DNA of 12,362 nt. Origin: Myxococcales bacterium. Lineage in GTDB: Bacteria > Myxococcota > Myxococcia > Myxococcales > Anaeromyxobacteraceae. Both the position numbers and the translations under genes were made by a program. The notes beneath the pieces are model-generated. The model saw nothing but the letters and a program-made list of their open reading frames with translations. It was not told the origin of the DNA and searched no databases. The stretch lies in assembly GCA_038320275.1 (NCBI GenBank), contig JBBQEB010000118.1:1-12362 (forward strand), in the 5' to 3' direction. This document shows positions 9,418 to 12,362 of the stretch, piece by piece. How positions within the stretch are numbered: position 1 is the stretch's first letter; each line of letters begins with the position of its first letter.

Positions 9418-10215
9418 ATGCCCCGCATGTTTCCTCACACCGTCTTCATCACCGGCGCCTCGAGCGGACTCGGTCGCGGCCTCGCCGCCCACTACGCGCG
9501 GACCGGCGCGACCGTGCACGCCGCGGCCCGCCGCACCGCGGAGCTCGACAAGCTGGCAGCGGAGATCGTGCGCCGCGGGGGCTCCGGCAAGGTGGTGCCG
9601 GTCGAGCTCGACGTCACAGACGCCGAGGCCCAGGAGCGGGCGATCCGCACCGCCGAGGCGAGCTCCACCGGCCCGCTCGACCTCGTCATCGCGAATGCCG
9701 GGATCGCCGAGCCCACCATCGCCCGCCACATCGACTGGCGCGCCGTGAAGCGCGTCCTCGACGTCAACGTGTCGGCGGCCGCGGTGACGATCTCCGCCGC
9801 CCTGCCCGCCATGGTGGCGCGCGGCTCCGGCACGGTGGTCGCGATGTCCTCGCTCGCCTCCTTTCGCGGCTTCCCCGGCAGCGCGGCGTACTGCGCCAGC
9901 AAGGCTGCGCTGCACACGTTCATGGAGAGCCTGAGGGTCGACCTGCGCGGCACCGGTGTGCGCGCGCTCACCGTCTACCCCGGCTTCGTGAAGACCGAGA
10001 TGACGGCCAAGAACGATTTCCCCATGCCGTTCCTCATGGAGCTCGATCCCGCGGTGGCGCTCATGGCCCGCGCCATCGACGCCGGCGAGGAGATCATCGC
10101 CTTTCCGCGAGGGCTTCACGCGATCGCGCTCGCCGCGCAGCTCCTCCCGCGCACCGTGTACGAGGCGCTGGCAGGGAAGGCGCGGGCGTCGAACCGGGCC
10201 CCGCGGGCGCCGTAG
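9418..10215 (+). CDS. Short-chain dehydrogenase/reductase (SDR) family NAD(P)-dependent oxidoreductase
   Basis: Motifs TGASSGLG, ARR, LDVTD, IANAGI, SS...YCASK, PGFVKTEMT, MPFLM. Start at ATG 9418 (AGGAG at 9401-9405) or ATG 9427. Confidence 0.93.
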   Translation: MPRMFPHTVFITGASSGLGRGLAAHYARTGATVHAAARRTAELDKLAAEIVRRGGSGKVVPVELDVTDAEAQERAIRTAEASSTGPLDLVIANAGIAEPTIARHIDWRAVKRVLDVNVSAAAVTISAALPAMVARGSGTVVAMSSLASFRGFPGSAAYCASKAALHTFMESLRVDLRGTGVRALTVYPGFVKTEMTAKNDFPMPFLMELDPAVALMARAIDAGEEIIAFPRGLHAIALAAQLLPRTVYEALAGKARASNRAPRAP

Positions 10216-10241
10216 CCCGATGCCGATCCCGATCCCGATCC
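10216..10241. repeat. Short hexamer tandem repeat (CCCGAT)~4
   Basis: CCCGAT GCCGAT CCCGAT CCCGAT CC directly after the SDR stop, between convergent genes. Confidence 0.7.
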
Positions 10242-10259
10242 TCCTCCCGCGCAGACCGG

Positions 10260-10784
10260 CTACGGCTTCGCGCGACCCCGGTCGCCCTCGGCCGAGGCGG
10301 TCACATCCCCGCTCACCGGCACGGCCGGAAGCCAGGTCTCCGGCACGTCCATGCCGAAGACGCTCATCCCTCCCGTCCGGAACTGCAGCGAGCCGGTGAC
10401 GTCGCAGGTCAGCGCGAGCGAGAGGTGATCGCCGCGCACCTGTCCCTTGCCGGTCTTCACGACGAGGTCGATCTTGCCGCGCGCCTTCTCCGTGTCGAGC
10501 GCCACCGGGCAGCGCTGGCCGGGGTTCAGCACCAGCGCTCCCTCGCCGTCCATCCTCGCCAAAAGGTCGCAGGTGTGGCCTTGAGCGGCCACGCGCACGC
10601 GGACGTCGCGCGGGCCTGCCCCCGGCGCGAGCAACGCGTCGGCGCGCAGCTCCGCGTCCTCGTCGATGAGCCCGCTCGCCGAGACGTGCGCCTTGCCTTG
10701 CATGCGATAGGTGCCGCCCACGCCGGAGGGCGTGACGGCAGCGAGGGCGGCGAGCAGCGCGAGCGATCCGGTGAGTGGAGTCAT
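10260..10784 (-). CDS. Hypothetical secreted protein (174 aa)
   Basis: MTPLTGSLALLAALAAVTP signal-peptide-like start, followed by a beta-strand-like sequence with 3 Cys. GC-rich third positions. Occupies an otherwise empty interval. Confidence 0.72.
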   Translation of the reverse strand: MTPLTGSLALLAALAAVTPSGVGGTYRMQGKAHVSASGLIDEDAELRADALLAPGAGPRDVRVRVAAQGHTCDLLARMDGEGALVLNPGQRCPVALDTEKARGKIDLVVKTGKGQVRGDHLSLALTCDVTGSLQFRTGGMSVFGMDVPETWLPAVPVSGDVTASAEGDRGRAKP

Positions 10785-10847
10785 GGTGGGTGGCGGCCGG
10801 GGTGATAGCGCCCGCCGGGAGGACTGGCCCGGCGAAGCGCCGCCGCA

Positions 10848-10853
10848 TAGCCT
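10848..10853 (+). promoter_or_regulatory. Putative -10 element (TAGCCT) of a leaderless transcript
   Basis: TAnnnT hexamer exactly 6 nt before GTG 10860. The intervening sequence is pyrimidine-only (no SD). Confidence 0.35.
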
Positions 10854-10859
10854 CCCCTC

Positions 10860-11240
10860 GTGATCGAGCTCAGCAGGCGGCGAGGCCGCGTCGAGCTTTG
10901 CCTCTCGGCGGTGCGCATGGGAAAGGACACGTCCGTCGCCCTCCAGAGCGGCGAGGCGGGCCACATCGGCGCGGTGGCGGTGAGCCAGGCGCGGCCCAGC
11001 CTGTCCGACGACGGCAGCTGCAGCGCGACCACCTCGGTCATCGCTCTGCTCGGCCACAAGGAGGACGAGCTGGCGCGCGCCGTCGCCTCCAGGCTCGCGC
11101 GCGCGCTGGGGGGTGTCGTGAGCGTCGCCTGCGGCGTGCACCTCGACGCCATCCGCCCGGAGGAGCTGCGCGACGTCGCGGCGCTCGCGGAGGAACTGGC
11201 CGAAGAGCTCGCGGCGAGGCTGGCCTCGCCGGAGGCGTGA
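10860..11240 (+). CDS. LpdD-like (prenylated-flavin chaperone / proteasome assembly chaperone-like fold) small protein
   Basis: 126 aa. Motifs MGKD, GHIGAVAVS..RPSL, SVIALLGHKEDELAR, VSVACGVHLDAI..EEL match my recollection of the LpdD-like family. Confidence 0.7.
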   Translation: MIELSRRRGRVELCLSAVRMGKDTSVALQSGEAGHIGAVAVSQARPSLSDDGSCSATTSVIALLGHKEDELARAVASRLARALGGVVSVACGVHLDAIRPEELRDVAALAEELAEELAARLASPEA

Positions 11241-11295
11241 TGGCGCGGCGGGCTACGGATCCGAACAGGCCGAGGGTCATACAGCCCTGGCGCGT

Positions 11296-11314
11296 CTGCG
11301 AGCACGGGGGAGCC
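11296..11314 (-). repeat. Degenerate terminal (trailer) CRISPR repeat
   Basis: CTGCGAGCACGGGGGAGCC matches the last 19 nt of the repeat (CCGCGAGCGCGGGGGAACC) with 3 mismatches, and lies 36 nt before the first intact repeat. Confidence 0.6.
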
Positions 11315-11350
11315 CTCAGGGCGGAAACCCCCGTCCGTCCCCACCCAGGC

Positions 11351-12362
11351 GGGCCGATCCCCGCGAGCGCGGGGGAACCAGGTCGTCGCGGTGCCGGTCG
11401 AGGCGCTCAACGGGCCGATCCCCGCGAGCGCGGGGGAACCGCATCGCGCCGCGCGAGCACGTCCTGCGAGTAGGGCCGATCCCCGCGAGCGCGGGGGAAC
11501 CACTACGGCTCGTTTCTCAGCGTCGGCGTCATTCGGCCGATCCCCGCGAGCGCGGGGGAACCACTCGCCTGTCTTCGGACGATGTGGCTGACCTCGGCCG
11601 ATCCCCGCGAGCGCGGGGGAACCTATGGGGTCCTGGAAGCTCCCTACCGGGTCATGGGCCGATCCCCGCGAGCGCGGGGGAACCTCGAACTGGAATGGTC
11701 CTGACATGCCATCCGGCGGCCGATCCCCGCGAGCGCGGGGGAACCCGCTCCATCCCCACCCGCTACGGCTCCATCGAGGGCCGATCCCCGCGAGCGCGGG
11801 GGAACCGGCGGCGGCGCGCGCGAGCGCGAAGGGGTCCGGGGCCGATCCCCGCGAGCGCGGGGGAACCCTCCATCGACTCGACCCGAGCGCGGCGGACCCC
11901 GGCCGATCCCCGCGAGCGCGGGGGAACCGCCTCGATGATGAGGGTCTCGACGGTCGTGCCGGGCCGATCCCCGCGAGCGCGGGGGAACCGGCGGCGGGCC
12001 TACGATGCGCCACCGGGTTGGGGGCCGATCCCCGCGAGCGCGGGGGAACCCAGAACCGCGCGCCGGAACCACGCGGTAAACGAGGCCGATCCCCGCGAGC
12101 GCGGGGGAACCATCCATGGGGTCAGCTCCTCACGACGAGTGGGGGGCCGATCCCCGCGAGCGCGGGGGAACCACGATCTGCCCCTGCGCGGTGCTCTGGT
12201 CGGAGGGCCGATCCCCGCGAGCGCGGGGGAACCAGCCGGGCCACCATCTCAGCCGCCTTTGTCGCGGGCCGATCCCCGCGAGCGCGGGGGAACCCAGATC
12301 CGCCCCGCTCGTGCCCAGCTCGAACGGGGCCGATCCCCGCGAGCGCGGGGGAACCCCGCCTC
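11351..12362 (-). CRISPR. Type I-E CRISPR array (17 repeats visible, continues beyond the window)
   Basis: 29-nt repeat (G/C/A)GGCCGATCCCCGCGAGCGCGGGGGAACC at 11351 and then every 61 nt to 12327-12355; 16 complete 32-nt spacers. The reverse complement GGTTCCCCCGCGCTCGCGGGGATCGGCCC resembles the E. coli I-E repeat, with a CCCCGCG/CGCGGGG hairpin. This implies minus-strand transcription with the leader to the right. Confidence 0.98.

Noticed and set aside
10222..10230. GCCGATCCC identical to part of the CRISPR repeat
   Set aside because: It belongs to the hexamer microsatellite and lacks the repeat hairpin; not an orphan repeat.
11240..11473. Short ORF MARRATDPNR... starting at the lpdD-like stop
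   Set aside because: Runs into the CRISPR repeats, has atypical codons and shows no protein-like features.
11502..11777. Spacers 3 and 7 share CTACGGCTC internally
   Set aside because: The flanks disagree, and internal 9-mer sharing among 16 GC-rich spacers is plausible by chance.
10781..12117. 410-aa and 157-aa repetitive ORFs across the array
   Set aside because: Translations of CRISPR repeats (GSPALAGIG / FPRARGDR / VPPRSRGS cycling with the 61-nt period).
12295..12326. Possible self-targeting: spacer 16 shares CGTGCCCAGCTC with glgE near 371
   Set aside because: Only 12 nt match and the flanks differ; expected by chance at this GC content.

Overview
Very GC-rich bacterial chromosomal window; the gene content and small-protein style suggest Anaeromyxobacter/Myxococcota (inference). 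The left half is a minus-strand run: an N-terminally shortened acetamidase/formamidase, tartrate dehydrogenase, a fluoroacetate-dehalogenase-like alpha/beta hydrolase, a divergent 4-alpha-glucanotransferase, and glgE. glgE runs off the left edge and is missing from the ORF track. The middle holds a translationally coupled, uncharacterised pair (DUF2868-like membrane protein and DUF3482-like P-loop GTPase), a probable unannotated 59-aa His/Cys metal-binding microprotein, an SDR, a secreted hypothetical protein and an LpdD-like small protein. The right end is the trailer side of a type I-E CRISPR array that continues beyond the window: 17 repeats, 16 complete 32-nt spacers, exact 61-nt period, plus a degenerate terminal repeat. 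No cas genes are visible. The best candidates for new biology are the membrane protein-GTPase module, the microprotein and the non-G PAM signature of the array.
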